A stretch of DNA of 64,000 bases from Hyphomicrobiales bacterium (GCA_965227875.1 OZ245783.1:4897929-4961928), one strand, 5' to 3'; shown: positions 20,431 to 31,235, counted from the stretch's first letter. The notes: generated from the sequence alone by a model not told the origin. Numbers and translations: made by a program.

Positions 20431-20446
20431 TGCACCGTACGGTGCA
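20431..20446. promoter_or_regulatory. Perfect 16-bp palindrome TGCACCGTACGGTGCA upstream of pccB
   Basis: Read directly from the sequence. It lies 54-69 nt upstream of the pccB start, in the 114-nt gap after the ATP12-family gene. Confidence 0.35.
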
Positions 20447-20491
20447 ATAGTCAGAAAGAAGGGGCAAGACGCCCGGGGTCGAGGCCTATCG

Positions 20492-21265
20492 TCAGTTGGC
20501 TTCCAGCAGCAAGGCAAAACCTATTGCGGCGTCGAAATCGCCCTTGCGGCGAGCTCGACGTCTCGCGGCCTCCAGATCCTCGCCCCAGAACTCGATCTGC
20601 CAGTCTTCGTCCACATGGGCGGCAGACCATGCCAGTTCCGCGTCGCGGCCAAGAAAGAGTGTGTCATAGGCGAGGATGGCGGACCCGGTCAGTGTCGTCA
20701 GGTTGTGCAGGGCCGTGAGCATGTGTGCGTTGCAGCCGGCGACGATGTTCGCGAACCGGTCTATCGTTCCCGCCGGCTGCTCCTGGTACATCACGCCCTG
20801 TACAAGAGCGAACCGGGCCGCGATCCGGTTTTCCACCCGCCCCATCGGATCGTCCCAGGCCCTGGCCTGGCGTTCGATCAGCGCGTCTGGCCCTTCGGCC
20901 CTGTAGCACACGAGGTCGGAGCGCACATAGCTCACGATCTCCTCGACGATATCGGGCTCGCGCCCGATGACGCGGTCAAGGGCGGTGTTCGAGAAGCGGG
21001 TCAACGGCATGGCCGAGGGATCGATGAACTCATCCTGGTTCGCCCACTCGTTCGCGACGGCTTCCGCCAGCGCCCGCGTCGGAACCTCCAGAACGTTCTT
21101 CAGCGGCGTGCGGATGTCTCGCCCGTCCAGCAACACGCCATAACCGCCGTCCGTGGCCGTGACGTCGACAGCCTCGTAGAACCGTCGCGGCAGTTTCGGC
21201 TTCTCCTGCACGATTTTCGCGATGTTCTCGGAAAGGATGCTCTGCTTTTCTTTTCTGTCAGCCAT
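20492..21265 (-). CDS. ATP12-family F1-ATPase assembly chaperone
   Basis: 257 aa from MADRKEK (ATG 21263-21265). ...RRFYEAVDV...GYGVLLDGRDIRTPLKNVLEVPTRALAEAVANEWANQDEFIDPSAMPLTRFSNTALD matches the ATP12 pattern. Confidence 0.75.
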   Translation of the reverse strand: MADRKEKQSILSENIAKIVQEKPKLPRRFYEAVDVTATDGGYGVLLDGRDIRTPLKNVLEVPTRALAEAVANEWANQDEFIDPSAMPLTRFSNTALDRVIGREPDIVEEIVSYVRSDLVCYRAEGPDALIERQARAWDDPMGRVENRIAARFALVQGVMYQEQPAGTIDRFANIVAGCNAHMLTALHNLTTLTGSAILAYDTLFLGRDAELAWSAAHVDEDWQIEFWGEDLEAARRRARRKGDFDAAIGFALLLEAN

Positions 21266-21959
21266 CTGCTGCGTCTTCGTCCTTGTTCCGGTCCCGGCTT
21301 TCCACGACCCGGCCGAGATCGTCGAAACGCTCCAGGACCACCCGGGCACCCGACGCAAGGAGGTCGGAGGGAGAATGATACCCCCACGCCACGCCGACCG
21401 GCGTCACCCCGGCATCCCTGGCCATGATCATGTCGAAGGAGGTGTCGCCCACCATGAGAGTGTCCCCGCCTTCGAATCCGGTTTCGTCCATCGCCTGATG
21501 GAGCATCGCGGGATGCGGCTTGGACGGCGCGTCGTCGGCGGTTTGTATCGTGGAGAACATGTTCTCGAACCCGTGCCGTTCGAGCAGGTGCGCCACCCCG
21601 CGCTGCGACTTTCCCGTGGCGATGCCCAGCACGATGTCGTCGCGGGCGGCAAGGGTGCGGATGGTATCCGCGGCGCCGTCGTAGAGCGGCTCCCTGTTGG
21701 CGGGATCGGCGCGCAATTCGAAAAAGGCCTTCCTGTAGTCCCGCGCGATTTCCCCGACGAGACCGGCTTCCGCCTGCGGCAGCAGTCTGGAAACCGCTTC
21801 GTTCAGCGACAGCCCCACGATCGACAGGACGGTTTCCCGCGGCAGATGGGCAATGCGGTGCGTGTCGAAGGCCCGGCCCATTGCCGCGACGATCATGTGC
21901 TGGCTGTCGACGAGTGTGCCGTCGCAGTCGAACACCACCAGCCGCGCGTCGCGCGTCAT
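21258..21959 (-). CDS. HAD-superfamily hydrolase (phosphoglycolate phosphatase-like)
   Basis: 233 aa from MTRDARLVVFDCDGTLVDS (DxDGT motif I). Motif IV is present in ...LMVGDTSFDMIMARDAG.... Confidence 0.8.
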   Translation of the reverse strand: MTRDARLVVFDCDGTLVDSQHMIVAAMGRAFDTHRIAHLPRETVLSIVGLSLNEAVSRLLPQAEAGLVGEIARDYRKAFFELRADPANREPLYDGAADTIRTLAARDDIVLGIATGKSQRGVAHLLERHGFENMFSTIQTADDAPSKPHPAMLHQAMDETGFEGGDTLMVGDTSFDMIMARDAGVTPVGVAWGYHSPSDLLASGARVVLERFDDLGRVVESRDRNKDEDAADG

Positions 21960-22948
21960 GGCGAGAACTCCTCGAAAGGATCTCCGTCCACCTCGGTGTC
22001 CAGCCCGAGAAAGGCCCAGGTCTTCGCCATGTGCTCGGGCAGCGGGCACTCGAGGTCGAGCCGCCCGCCCGCCGGATTGGGCAGCGACAGGCTTCGCGCA
22101 TGCAAATGGAGCCTGGACGAGATTTCGCCGCCAGGTTCAGCAGACCGGTCGCCGTACTTGCCGTCTCCGATGATCGGATGACCGATCGCCGCCATGTGCG
22201 CCCGCAACTGGTGCGTCCGGCCGGTCTCCGGGCGCAGTGCGAGCCAGGAAGCCGCAGGCGCTGCACTGGCGAGCGTCACGTAATGAGTGACCGCTTTCTG
22301 GCCGTTCGGATCGCTTCGCTCCACCGGGCGCACTCTCTGCTCGCCCGCATGCCCGGTCTTGGCGAGACGCACGTCGATCGTTCCGCGTTCCGGACGCGGT
22401 ACGCCCGCGACCAGCGCCCAGTAGGTCTTGACCACATCGTGCCCCTTGAACGCCGCACTGAGAAACGTGGCCGCCTTGCGCGTCCGGGCGAGAAGCAGGA
22501 GGCCGCTCGTGTCCCTGTCCAGACGATGCACCAGTCTCGGCCTGTCCTCGGCGTCGAACTTCAGGACGTCGAGCATGCCGTCAAGGTGCCGGCGCGTCCC
22601 GGACCCGCCCTGGACGGCGAGCCCGTGGGGTTTGTTCAGGGCGATGACGTGGTGATCCCGGTAGATCACGAGCGACCGGAGTTCGTCGGCCTCGCGCTTC
22701 GAGACCTGTTTCGGCTGCTCGGCTGATGGCTCTCCCGTCTTGTCCGGCAGTGGCGGTATGCGAACCGCCTGCCCCGTCTCCAGCCGGACGTTGGCCTTGA
22801 CACGCCCGCCGTCGACCCTCACCTGCCCGCTCCGGAGCAGCTTCTGGAGCCTGCCCTGGGTGACGTGCGGATAATGGTGGCGGAACCACCTGTCGAGCCG
22901 CATGCCGCTTTCGTCGCCGCGCACCTGCCTGGTTTCCACACCGCTCAT
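21956..22948 (-). CDS. RluA/RluC-family 23S rRNA pseudouridine synthase with S4 domain
   Basis: S4-like N-terminus (RLDRWFRHHY...LLRSGQVRVDG) and a catalytic HRLDRDTSGLLLLA motif. Start taken at ATG 22948 (ATGA overlap with the crcB stop). Confidence 0.85.
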   Translation of the reverse strand: MSGVETRQVRGDESGMRLDRWFRHHYPHVTQGRLQKLLRSGQVRVDGGRVKANVRLETGQAVRIPPLPDKTGEPSAEQPKQVSKREADELRSLVIYRDHHVIALNKPHGLAVQGGSGTRRHLDGMLDVLKFDAEDRPRLVHRLDRDTSGLLLLARTRKAATFLSAAFKGHDVVKTYWALVAGVPRPERGTIDVRLAKTGHAGEQRVRPVERSDPNGQKAVTHYVTLASAAPAASWLALRPETGRTHQLRAHMAAIGHPIIGDGKYGDRSAEPGGEISSRLHLHARSLSLPNPAGGRLDLECPLPEHMAKTWAFLGLDTEVDGDPFEEFSP

Positions 22949-23325
22949 TGCAGCACCGCCCTGGCGCTCCACAGGCCCGCGAACAGGGCGAGTATCGACA
23001 GTCCGACGGAGCCCGCCACATACAGCCCCGAAGCTAGATACGCCTTCTTCTCGAACAGGAGCGCGGCATCCAGGGAAAACGCCGAGAATGTCGTGAACCC
23101 GCCGAGAATCCCCGTCACGAGAAAGACCCTTGTTTCCGGCGAGATCTCGAACCTGTGTGCCAGTCCGCCGATCAGGAGCCCCATGAGCAACGATCCCGTG
23201 ACATTGACGATCAGCGTGCCCCAGGGAAAGAACGGACCCGCGATGCGCAGTGCCTGGCTGGCGACGGTGTAGCGTCCCGCCGCACCGATGCCTCCGCCGA
23301 GAAAGACCCAGAGATACATGCTCAT
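22945..23325 (-). CDS. crcB: Fluoride ion channel CrcB/FluC
   Basis: 126 aa with four TM segments. It has a GGGIGAAGRY N-terminus and a GILGGFTTFSAFS motif. Confidence 0.9.
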   Translation of the reverse strand: MSMYLWVFLGGGIGAAGRYTVASQALRIAGPFFPWGTLIVNVTGSLLMGLLIGGLAHRFEISPETRVFLVTGILGGFTTFSAFSLDAALLFEKKAYLASGLYVAGSVGLSILALFAGLWSARAVLQ

Positions 23326-24632
23326 GACCCGGCCTGCTCCCTCAGTTTCTCCCAGAACGCCAGCCGCTTGGCGATCTCTTTCTCGAAACCGCGGGGGGCC
23401 GGCGTGTAGAACACTTCGCGCTCCATCTCGTCAGGGAAATAGTTCTGTCCCGAGAAGGCATGTTCGGCATTGTGATCGTATTCGTATCCCGATCCGTAGC
23501 CCTCTTCCTTCATCAGCTTTGTCGGCGCATTAAGAATATGCTTGGGCGGCGCCACGCTTCCGGTCGCCTTCGCGGCGCGCCGGGCGGCACCGAACGCGCC
23601 GTAGACACGGTTCGATTTCGGCGCCGTGGCCAAATAGACGGCGGCCTGGGCAAGCGCCAGTTCGCCTTCCGGGGACCCTATGAAGTCGAAGGCCTCTTTC
23701 GCGGCATTGGCCTGGACCAGAGCCTGGGGATCGGCAAGTCCGATGTCCTCCGAGGCCGCGCGCACGAGCCTGCGCGCGATGAACAGCGGATCCTCGCCGC
23801 CCGCCAGCATTCGCGCCAGCCAGTAGAGTGCCGCATCCGGATCGCTGCCCCTGATCGACTTGTGAAGCGCGCTGATGAGGTTGTAGTGCCCCTCGCGGCC
23901 CTTGTCGTAGAGCGGTACGCGCTGCTGCACCAGTTGCGCAAGTCCGTCCCGGTCGAAATCCGCGGATGTCTCGTCCGTGGTCGCGAACACTTCCTCGGCG
24001 AGATTGAGCGCATAACGCCCGTCGCCATCCGCCATGGCCACGAGGCTTGCTCGCGCGGTCTCGTCGAGCGGCAGACGACGTCCCTCGAAATCCTCCGCAC
24101 GCTTCAGGAGGCCGTCGACCGCGGCCGCGTCGAGGCGGTTGAGAACGAGCACCTGGGCACGGGAGAGCAGCGCTGAATTGAGCTCGAAAGACGGGTTTTC
24201 GGTCGTGGCACCGACAAGGGTGATGGTTCCGTCTTCCATGTAGGGCAGAAAACCGTCCTGCTGGGCCCTGTTGAAGCGATGGATCTCGTCGACGAACAGC
24301 AGCGTCCCCTTGCCCTCCTGGCGGCGCGCGCGGGCCGCGTCGAAGGCTTTCCGAAGATCCTGAACGCCGGAAAAGATCGCGGACATGGCTTCGAAATGCA
24401 GCCCCGTCTCGCCGGCAAGCAGCCGGGCTATGGTTGTCTTGCCCGTCCCCGGCGGTCCCCAGAAAACGATGCTGACGGGCCGGCCGGCTTTCAGTATCCG
24501 CGTCAAGACGCCGGTTTCACCAAGCAGATGATCCTGCCCCAGGACGTCCGAGAGCTTGGCGGGCCGAAGCCGGTCCGCGAGGGGTCGTGGCGCCTCGTCC
24601 GCCATGCCCGCGGCCTCGAACAGGTTCGTCAT
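23322..24632 (-). CDS. rarA: Replication-associated recombination protein A (AAA+ ATPase)
   Basis: 436 aa with Walker A GPPGTGKTT, LFVDEIHRFN and a MgsA C-terminal region (...HKSIRGSDPDAALYWLARML...). Confidence 0.9.
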   Translation of the reverse strand: MTNLFEAAGMADEAPRPLADRLRPAKLSDVLGQDHLLGETGVLTRILKAGRPVSIVFWGPPGTGKTTIARLLAGETGLHFEAMSAIFSGVQDLRKAFDAARARRQEGKGTLLFVDEIHRFNRAQQDGFLPYMEDGTITLVGATTENPSFELNSALLSRAQVLVLNRLDAAAVDGLLKRAEDFEGRRLPLDETARASLVAMADGDGRYALNLAEEVFATTDETSADFDRDGLAQLVQQRVPLYDKGREGHYNLISALHKSIRGSDPDAALYWLARMLAGGEDPLFIARRLVRAASEDIGLADPQALVQANAAKEAFDFIGSPEGELALAQAAVYLATAPKSNRVYGAFGAARRAAKATGSVAPPKHILNAPTKLMKEEGYGSGYEYDHNAEHAFSGQNYFPDEMEREVFYTPAPRGFEKEIAKRLAFWEKLREQAGS

Positions 24633-24665
24633 GTCCAGTACCGTCCTTTGGATCCGCGGCTGCCC

Positions 24666-26069
24666 TCAGCCTCTGACCTGGGTTTCGATAAGTCTTCCGC
24701 CCCTTCGGATGGCTATTGTCCACACGCCCTGCGGTGCGGCAAGGCGTTTGGCCAGTTCCCGCACGGTATCCAGCGGGTTGCCGTCGACCGCCACGATGAT
24801 GTCACCGGCGCGGAAGCCGTGTCGCGCGGCCCGGCCACGGCCCGGATCGAGGATCACGACACCGGACTCGTCGAACTCGAACCCGAGTTCCTCGGCGACC
24901 GCCGGCGAAAGATTGGCCACCGTGGCGCCGGAGAACGGATTGCGCCCGCGCAACCTGGTGAGGTTCCGCGGCGGCACTTCAGGCGCGGTCCGCACCCGGA
25001 CCTTGATGTTCCGCTCCTTCCCGCCGCGCAGGATAGTCACGTCCGCCGAACTGCCGACCTTTTGCGTCGAGAACCTGAAATTGAAATCCTGCGGGTGGTG
25101 AATTTCCCGGCCGTCGAGGGCGACGATCACGTCTCCCCTCTTCAGTCCCGCCTTGAAAGCCGGCCCCTGCGGATGGACGGCCTTGAGGAGTGCTCCGCGC
25201 GGACGGTCGAAACCGAGCGAGTCGGCAATTTCCTGCGTCATCTCCTGCATCGAGGCCCCGAACCAGGGCCGCCGGATGCGTCCGCCGGACCGCGCGGAGT
25301 CGAGGACAAACCGCACCATGTTGGACGGCACGGCGAACCCGATGCCGTTCGACCCGCCGCTGCGGCTGAAGATCGCCGTGTTGATGCCCACGAGCTGGCC
25401 TTCAACATCGATCAGCGCACCGCCCGAGTTGCCCGGGTTGATGGCCGCATCCGTCTGGATGAAGGACTGGAAATCGGAAACCCCCACCCTGCTGCGCGCC
25501 AGCGCCGAGACGATGCCGCTGGTGACCGTTTGTCCCACGCCGAACGGGTTGCCGATGGCAAGGACGAGGTCGCCCACTTCCAGCTCGTCGGAATTCCTGA
25601 AACTCAGGTACGGCAGTTCTCCCCCGCGCGCCTCGATCTTCAGAATGGCGAGGTCGGTACGCTCGTCCTTGAGAACCGTCTCGGCCTCGAACTCCCGCCC
25701 GTCATTGAGAACGACGCGTATTTCCGTGCCGCCCTTGATCACGTGATGGTTGGTCACGATGAAGCCGTCCGCGGAGACGATCACGCCGGATCCCAGGGAA
25801 TTCTGCACCTTGCGCCTGGGAATGCCGAAACCGCGATTGCCGAAGAACTGCCGAAAAAACGGATCGTCGAAGAAAGGCGATGCCGGGCGCTGGGCGACGA
25901 CACGGCTGCTGTAGACGTTCACCACCGCCGGTGCGGCGGACTTCACGACCGGCGCGAAGGACAGCTTGATCTGGCCGCGGCTTGTCGGCACCTCCTGCGC
26001 AACCGTCGACGACGACGTGGACACTGTCGAAGCGCAAATGGCAAGAATGACGAGAATGCAGCGGATCAT
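24666..26069 (-). CDS. DegP/DegQ (HtrA-family) periplasmic serine protease with two PDZ domains
   Basis: Start MIRCILVILAICAS (signal peptide, ATG 26067-26069). The catalytic triad context is TNHHV, DLAILK and GNSGGAL. Confidence 0.85.
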   Translation of the reverse strand: MIRCILVILAICASTVSTSSSTVAQEVPTSRGQIKLSFAPVVKSAAPAVVNVYSSRVVAQRPASPFFDDPFFRQFFGNRGFGIPRRKVQNSLGSGVIVSADGFIVTNHHVIKGGTEIRVVLNDGREFEAETVLKDERTDLAILKIEARGGELPYLSFRNSDELEVGDLVLAIGNPFGVGQTVTSGIVSALARSRVGVSDFQSFIQTDAAINPGNSGGALIDVEGQLVGINTAIFSRSGGSNGIGFAVPSNMVRFVLDSARSGGRIRRPWFGASMQEMTQEIADSLGFDRPRGALLKAVHPQGPAFKAGLKRGDVIVALDGREIHHPQDFNFRFSTQKVGSSADVTILRGGKERNIKVRVRTAPEVPPRNLTRLRGRNPFSGATVANLSPAVAEELGFEFDESGVVILDPGRGRAARHGFRAGDIIVAVDGNPLDTVRELAKRLAAPQGVWTIAIRRGGRLIETQVRG

Positions 26070-26101
26070 GATCACCTCAAACCAAGACGAAACCTGTGGC
26101 T

Positions 26102-26130
26102 CGAACAAAAATGGCGGCCCGCGGCCGCCA
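26102..26130 (-). terminator. Rho-independent terminator after rplQ
   Basis: The minus strand reads TGGCGGCC-GCG-GGCCGCCA followed by TTTTTGTTCG. Confidence 0.8.
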
Positions 26131-26162
26131 CTTTCCTTGCCGAGCAACCGCGAGGCGCGTTG

Positions 26163-26594
26163 TTACGCGGCTGCTTCCGCGGTTGCCAGATCGTCCTCGA
26201 CCTGAACAGGTCCGGAGTCCTGCCCGCGGGCCTCGGGATCACGGTCGACGAGTTCGATCACCGCCATGGGCGCGGAGTCGCCATACCGGAAGCCCGCTTT
26301 GAGCACGCGGGTATACCCGCCGCTGCGATCCTGGTAACGGGGACCGAGCGTCTCGAAGAGCTTCGCAACCATCGCCTTGTCGCGGATTCTCGCGATTGCC
26401 TGGCGGCGGGCGTGAAGGTCACCGCGCTTGCCCAGCGTGATGAGCTTGTCGACGACGCCACGAAGTTCCTTGGCCTTCGGCAGCGTGGTGATGATCTGCT
26501 CATGCTTGATCAGCGCCGAAGCCATGTTGGCGAACATTGCCTTGCGGTGGCTAGCGGTTCTGTTGAGCTTTCTGCCCGAATTACGGTGACGCAT
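26163..26594 (-). CDS. rplQ: 50S ribosomal protein L17
   Basis: [21 protein letters not shown].... It is the last gene of the alpha operon. Confidence 0.95.
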   Translation of the reverse strand: MRHRNSGRKLNRTASHRKAMFANMASALIKHEQIITTLPKAKELRGVVDKLITLGKRGDLHARRQAIARIRDKAMVAKLFETLGPRYQDRSGGYTRVLKAGFRYGDSAPMAVIELVDRDPEARGQDSGPVQVEDDLATAEAAA

Positions 26595-26651
26595 GACACG
26601 TTTCCCTGAACTTGAGTGAGCACGCCCGAGGCGACGCCCGTTGCTGTACGA

Positions 26652-27668
26652 TTAGTAGTGGTCCTCGAACCGCTTGGCCAGTTCCTCGATGTTTTCCGGC
26701 GGCCAGTTCGGCACTTCCATACCCAGGTGCAGGCCCATCTGGGCAAGCACTTCCTTGATCTCGTTGAGCGACTTGCGCCCGAAGTTCGGCGTGCGGAGCA
26801 TCTCCGCTTCCGTCTTCTGGATGAGATCGCCGATATAGACGATGTTGTCGTTCTTGAGGCAGTTGGCCGAACGGACCGAAAGCTCCAGTTCGTCCACCTT
26901 CTTCAGAAGAGCGGCGTTGAACTCCAGTTCCGGACCGCGCTCTTCCGCGACTTCGCGGGTGGGCTCCTCGAAATTGACGAAGATCTGAAGCTGGTCCTGC
27001 AGGATCCGCGCGGCGAAGGCCACGGCGTCATCCGGCTTGATCGATCCGTCGGTCTCGATCTGGAGGGTCAGCTTATCGTAGTCGAGGATCTGGCCCTCGC
27101 GGGTGTTCTCGACCTTGTAGGACACCTTCTTGACCGGGCTGTAGAGGCTGTCGACCGGCATCAGTCCGATGGGCGCATCCTCCGGACGGTTGCGGTCCGC
27201 GGCCACGTACCCCTTGCCGGTGTTGACGGTGAACTCCATGCGGATTTCCGCACCGTCGTCCAGCGTGCAGAGCACATGGTCAGGGTTGAGAACCTCGATA
27301 TCCGCGGTCTCCTCGATGTCACCGGCCGTCACGATACCGGGGCCTTCCTTGCGCAGAATGAGGCGCTTGGGGCCTTCGACATGCATGCGAAGCGCGATTT
27401 CCTTGATGTTCAGGATCACGTCCGTCACATCCTCGCGAACGCCGGCGATGGACGAGAATTCGTGCAGCACGCCGTCGATCTGCACGGAGTTGACCGCCGC
27501 CCCCTGCAGGGACGACAGCAGCACGCGGCGCAGCGCGTTACCCAGCGTCAGGCCGAAACCGCGCTCAAGCGGCTCGGCGACCACGGTCGCGATACGGTTG
27601 GGATCATGCCCGGGATTGATTTCCAGCTTGTTGGGCTTGATCAGTTCCTGCCAGTTCTTTTGAATCAC
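26652..27668 (-). CDS. rpoA: DNA-directed RNA polymerase alpha subunit
   Basis: 338 aa with a GTG start. (M)[14 protein letters not shown]... with a C-terminal domain ...[14 protein letters not shown].... Confidence 0.95.
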   Translation of the reverse strand: MIQKNWQELIKPNKLEINPGHDPNRIATVVAEPLERGFGLTLGNALRRVLLSSLQGAAVNSVQIDGVLHEFSSIAGVREDVTDVILNIKEIALRMHVEGPKRLILRKEGPGIVTAGDIEETADIEVLNPDHVLCTLDDGAEIRMEFTVNTGKGYVAADRNRPEDAPIGLMPVDSLYSPVKKVSYKVENTREGQILDYDKLTLQIETDGSIKPDDAVAFAARILQDQLQIFVNFEEPTREVAEERGPELEFNAALLKKVDELELSVRSANCLKNDNIVYIGDLIQKTEAEMLRTPNFGRKSLNEIKEVLAQMGLHLGMEVPNWPPENIEELAKRFEDHY

Positions 27669-27784
27669 CTGAGAACCTCGTTCCGGTATGGTCGCCGGGC
27701 GGCAATGTGCCCCGCCTGGTCCGACCTTGTCTTAGCGCCTGTACTCGATCGCGGTTCGTCGACCGCGACTACACTGCCTGCGGA

Positions 27785-28174
27785 TCAGACCCGCCGGCGT
27801 TTCGGCGGACGGCATCCGTTGTGCGGAATGGGCGTGACATCGCGGATCGACGTGATCTGGAATCCCGCCGCCTGCAATGCGCGAAGAGCGGACTCGCGGC
27901 CCGAACCGGGACCGGAGACTTCCACTTCAAGCGTCTTCATTCCGTGATCGGCAGCCTTCTTGGCTGCGTCTTCTGCGGCCATCTGGGCGGCAAACGGGGT
28001 CGACTTGCGCGAACCCTTGAAACCCATCATGCCGGCCGATGCCCAGGAAATCGCATTTCCCTGCGCGTCGGTAATCGTCACCATCGTGTTGTTGAACGTC
28101 GCGCTCACATGCGCAACGCCCGAGGAAATGTTCTTGCGCTCCTTGCGGCGCATACGCGTCTTGTCCTTGGCCAT
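27785..28174 (-). CDS. rpsK: 30S ribosomal protein S11
   Basis: 129 aa, ...[18 protein letters not shown]... Confidence 0.95.
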   Translation of the reverse strand: MAKDKTRMRRKERKNISSGVAHVSATFNNTMVTITDAQGNAISWASAGMMGFKGSRKSTPFAAQMAAEDAAKKAADHGMKTLEVEVSGPGSGRESALRALQAAGFQITSIRDVTPIPHNGCRPPKRRRV

Positions 28175-28196
28175 AACCGGTCTGCCTTATCCAGAA

Positions 28197-28565
28197 TTAT
28201 TTCTTCTTGCCCGCAATCGGCTTTGCCGGGCCCTTGCGCGTACGTGCATTGGTGTGCGTGCGCTGGCCGCGTACCGGCAGGCCGCGGCGATGCCGCAGGC
28301 CGCGATAGCAGCCGAGATCCATGAGGCGCTTGATGTTCATCGCGACATCGCGGCGAAGATCGCCCTCGACCGTGTAGTCGCGGTCGATCACTTCACGAAT
28401 CTGGATGACTTCCGCGTCCGACAGTTCGTTCACCCGGCGCTCGCGCGGGATGTTGACCTTCTCGCAGATGTCCGTGGCATTCTTCGGTCCGATGCCATGA
28501 ATGTATCGAAGCGCGATTTCGACGCGCTTGTTCGTCGGTATGTTGACGCCGGCAATACGAGCCAC
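28197..28565 (-). CDS. rpsM: 30S ribosomal protein S13
   Basis: The conserved start (V)ARIAGVNIP uses GTG at 28563-28565. The ORF-track start at 28586 is over-extended. Confidence 0.9.
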   Translation of the reverse strand: MARIAGVNIPTNKRVEIALRYIHGIGPKNATDICEKVNIPRERRVNELSDAEVIQIREVIDRDYTVEGDLRRDVAMNIKRLMDLGCYRGLRHRRGLPVRGQRTHTNARTRKGPAKPIAGKKK

Positions 28566-28706
28566 TTCCCGTTCTCCTAAGTCCACCCGCCATCACGGCG
28601 GTCTTCAATCTGTCGAAAGCAGGTTTCATACGCGAAAACGACCGCAAGCAGCAGCCCCTGCAAATGCCGGCTGCCAGCGGAATCATAATCGCCTGAAGTG
28701 TGCGGT

Positions 28707-28735
28707 TTTTTAGGCTGCAATTGGTCGAACGTCAA
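28707..28735 (-). promoter_or_regulatory. Candidate promoter of the rpsM-rpsK-rpoA-rplQ operon
   Basis: The minus strand reads TTGACG-17 nt-TAAAAA, between the adk stop and rpsM. Confidence 0.3.
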
Positions 28736-28759
28736 CCGTTTTGCACCGCAAAAACGCAC

Positions 28760-29335
28760 TCACGCCTGATTCAACGCCTCCTCAATGGCACGGGTCACGT
28801 CATCGACGTCCGCCATGCCGTCCACAGTCTTCAAAATGCCGCGACCGCCATAGTATTCGATCAGCGGCGCGGTCTGCGCGTGATAGACATCCAGGCGCTT
28901 CTTCAGCGCCTCGGCATTGTCGTCCGCACGCGGCCCGCCGGCGGTCTCCGCCGCCCTGCCCTCGACACGGCCGATGAGAATCGAATCATCGACCTTGAGC
29001 TCGACCACGGCATCCAGGCCCAGCCCCTTTTCGCGCAGCATCACGTCCAGCGCCTCGGCCTGCGCGACATTGCGCGGGAAACCGTCGAGAATGAAACCCT
29101 TCTCGCAATCCGGCTGGTCGATGCGCTCGGAAATGATACCCACCACGATCTCGTCGGAAACGAGTTCGCCGCGCGCCATCACGTCCTCGGCCTGCTTGCC
29201 GATTTCGGTACCGGCAGCAACAGCCGCACGCAGCATGTCACCGGTGGACAGCTGGACGTAGCCCCGACTGTCCTCCAGGCGCTTGGCCTGCGTCCCCTTG
29301 CCGGCCCCGGGCGGTCCGAGAAAGATCAGCTTCAT
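28760..29335 (-). CDS. adk: Adenylate kinase
   Basis: [17 protein letters not shown].... Its start overlaps the secY stop (ATGA). Confidence 0.95.
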   Translation of the reverse strand: MKLIFLGPPGAGKGTQAKRLEDSRGYVQLSTGDMLRAAVAAGTEIGKQAEDVMARGELVSDEIVVGIISERIDQPDCEKGFILDGFPRNVAQAEALDVMLREKGLGLDAVVELKVDDSILIGRVEGRAAETAGGPRADDNAEALKKRLDVYHAQTAPLIEYYGGRGILKTVDGMADVDDVTRAIEEALNQA

Positions 29336-30663
29336 CGACGCGCCCCCCTGAGCTTGGCCTTCTTGACCAGGCCTTCATACTGATGGGCCAGCAGATGGCT
29401 CTGGACCTGCGCCACGGTGTCCATGGTCACGCTGACGACGATCAGCAGCGAGGTGCCGCCGAAGTAGAACGGAACCGCCGCGTAGGAAATCAGGATTTCC
29501 GGCAGCAGACAGACCAGCGCGAGATAGAGCGCGCCGACGACCGTGATGCGCGTCAACACATAGTCGATGTATTCCGCAGTGCGTTCGCCCGGACGGATAC
29601 CGGGAATGAACCCGCCATACCGCTTCAGGTTGTCCGCCGTGTCCTTTGGGTTGAACACGATCGCCGTGTAGAAGAACGCGAAGAACACGATACCGCCGAT
29701 ATAGAGCAGCAGGAACAGGGGCTGTCCGCGACCGAGCAGCGCCGTGACGGTCGTCAGCCACTCGGGGCCTTCTCCCGACGAGAAGCTCGCCATGGTGATC
29801 GGCAGAAGCAGAAGCGACGACGCAAAGATCGGCGGAATGACACCCGCGGTGTTGAGCTTCAGCGGCAGGTGCGATGAATCGCCCTGGTACATCTTGTTGC
29901 CGACCTGGCGCTTGGGATACTGGACGATCAGCCGGCGCTGGGCTCTTTCGACGAACACGATAATGGCGATCACGGCAATGGCCATGATGATGATGCCGAT
30001 GATCAGGTAGGTCGAGATCGCGCCCTGGCGGCCCAGTTCGAGCATGCCGACGATCGCGGAAGGCAGCTCGGCCACGATGCCCGCGAAGATGATCAGCGAA
30101 ATGCCGTTGCCGATGCCCCGTGCGGTGATCTGCTCACCGAGCCACATGAGGAAAACGGTACCGCCGACGAGCGTGATGACCGTGGTCACGCGGAAGAACA
30201 TGCCCGGATCGTGAACGATGGTGCCGGACGCCTCGAGGCCGGCCGCGATGCCATAGCCCTGCAGCGCCGCCAGGAACACGGTGCCGTAGCGCGTGTACTG
30301 GTTGATCTGCTTGCGGCCCTGCTCGCCTTCCTTCTTGAGCTGTTCCAGGTGCGGCGAGACCGTCGTCATCAGCTGGATGATGATCGACGCGGAGATGTAC
30401 GGCATGATGTTGAGCGCGAAGATCGCCATACGCCCGACCGCACCGCCGGCGAACATGTCGAACAGACCGAGAATCCCGGCCTGGTTCTGGCGGAACAGGT
30501 CCGCCACAGCTTCCGGGTTGATCCCCGGCAGCGGAATGTAAGTGCCCAGCCGATAGACAAGCAGCGCACCCAGTGTGAACCAGATGCGCTTCTTGAGTTC
30601 TTCGGCCTTGGCAAACGCCGAGAAATTTATGTTCGCCGCGAGTTGTTCGGCTGCTGATGCCAT
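29332..30663 (-). CDS. secY: Preprotein translocase subunit SecY
   Basis: 443 aa from [17 protein letters not shown] (ATG 30661-30663). The track ORF is over-extended by 45 codons. Confidence 0.95.
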   Translation of the reverse strand: MASAAEQLAANINFSAFAKAEELKKRIWFTLGALLVYRLGTYIPLPGINPEAVADLFRQNQAGILGLFDMFAGGAVGRMAIFALNIMPYISASIIIQLMTTVSPHLEQLKKEGEQGRKQINQYTRYGTVFLAALQGYGIAAGLEASGTIVHDPGMFFRVTTVITLVGGTVFLMWLGEQITARGIGNGISLIIFAGIVAELPSAIVGMLELGRQGAISTYLIIGIIIMAIAVIAIIVFVERAQRRLIVQYPKRQVGNKMYQGDSSHLPLKLNTAGVIPPIFASSLLLLPITMASFSSGEGPEWLTTVTALLGRGQPLFLLLYIGGIVFFAFFYTAIVFNPKDTADNLKRYGGFIPGIRPGERTAEYIDYVLTRITVVGALYLALVCLLPEILISYAAVPFYFGGTSLLIVVSVTMDTVAQVQSHLLAHQYEGLVKKAKLRGARR

Positions 30664-30721
30664 TCGGTTTCTCCGTCCCCCCGGATGTGGGGCCCCCGAT
30701 TGCCTGACCGCTGCCCGGCGG

Positions 30722-31210
30722 TCAGCCTTCGGCTTTGGCTTCGGCTTTTTCTTCGACCAGGACCTTGATAGATCCGCCTGCTTTCTCGACGGCTTCACGT
30801 GCGGCCTTGCTGGCGCCCGCGACCTCGAGGTTGAGGCTCGACGAGAGCGAACCCTTGCCGAGGATCCGCACGCCGTCGCGCAGCTTGCCGATCACGCCGG
30901 CTTCCTTGAGCGCGTTCGCGTCAACGGTCTTGCCGGTGTCGAGCTTGCCCGCCTCGACGGCCTGCTGCAAGCGGCCGATGTTCACTTCGTTGTAATCCTT
31001 GGTGAAAATGTTGTTGAAACCCCGCTTCGGCAGACGGCGATGGATCGGCATCTGGCCGCCCTCGAAGCCCTTGATGGCGACGCCGGAGCGCGACTTCTGG
31101 CCCTTGTAGCCGCGACCGGCGGTCTTGCCCTTGCCGGAGCCGAGACCGCGTCCGACGCGAACGCGAGACTTGCGGGCGCCGCTGTTGTCAGTGATTTCGT
31201 TGAGTTTCAT
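30722..31210 (-). CDS. rplO: 50S ribosomal protein L15
   Basis: [22 protein letters not shown]... Confidence 0.95.
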   Translation of the reverse strand: MKLNEITDNSGARKSRVRVGRGLGSGKGKTAGRGYKGQKSRSGVAIKGFEGGQMPIHRRLPKRGFNNIFTKDYNEVNIGRLQQAVEAGKLDTGKTVDANALKEAGVIGKLRDGVRILGKGSLSSSLNLEVAGASKAAREAVEKAGGSIKVLVEEKAEAKAEG

Positions 31211-31235
31211 CGGACAATCTCTCGAATAATGCCGC

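Noticed and set aside
23326-24665. Looked for a fluoride riboswitch upstream of crcB
   Set aside because: There is no non-coding space, because the crcB start overlaps the rarA stop, and I saw no crcB-motif-like sequence. This is reported only as an absence.
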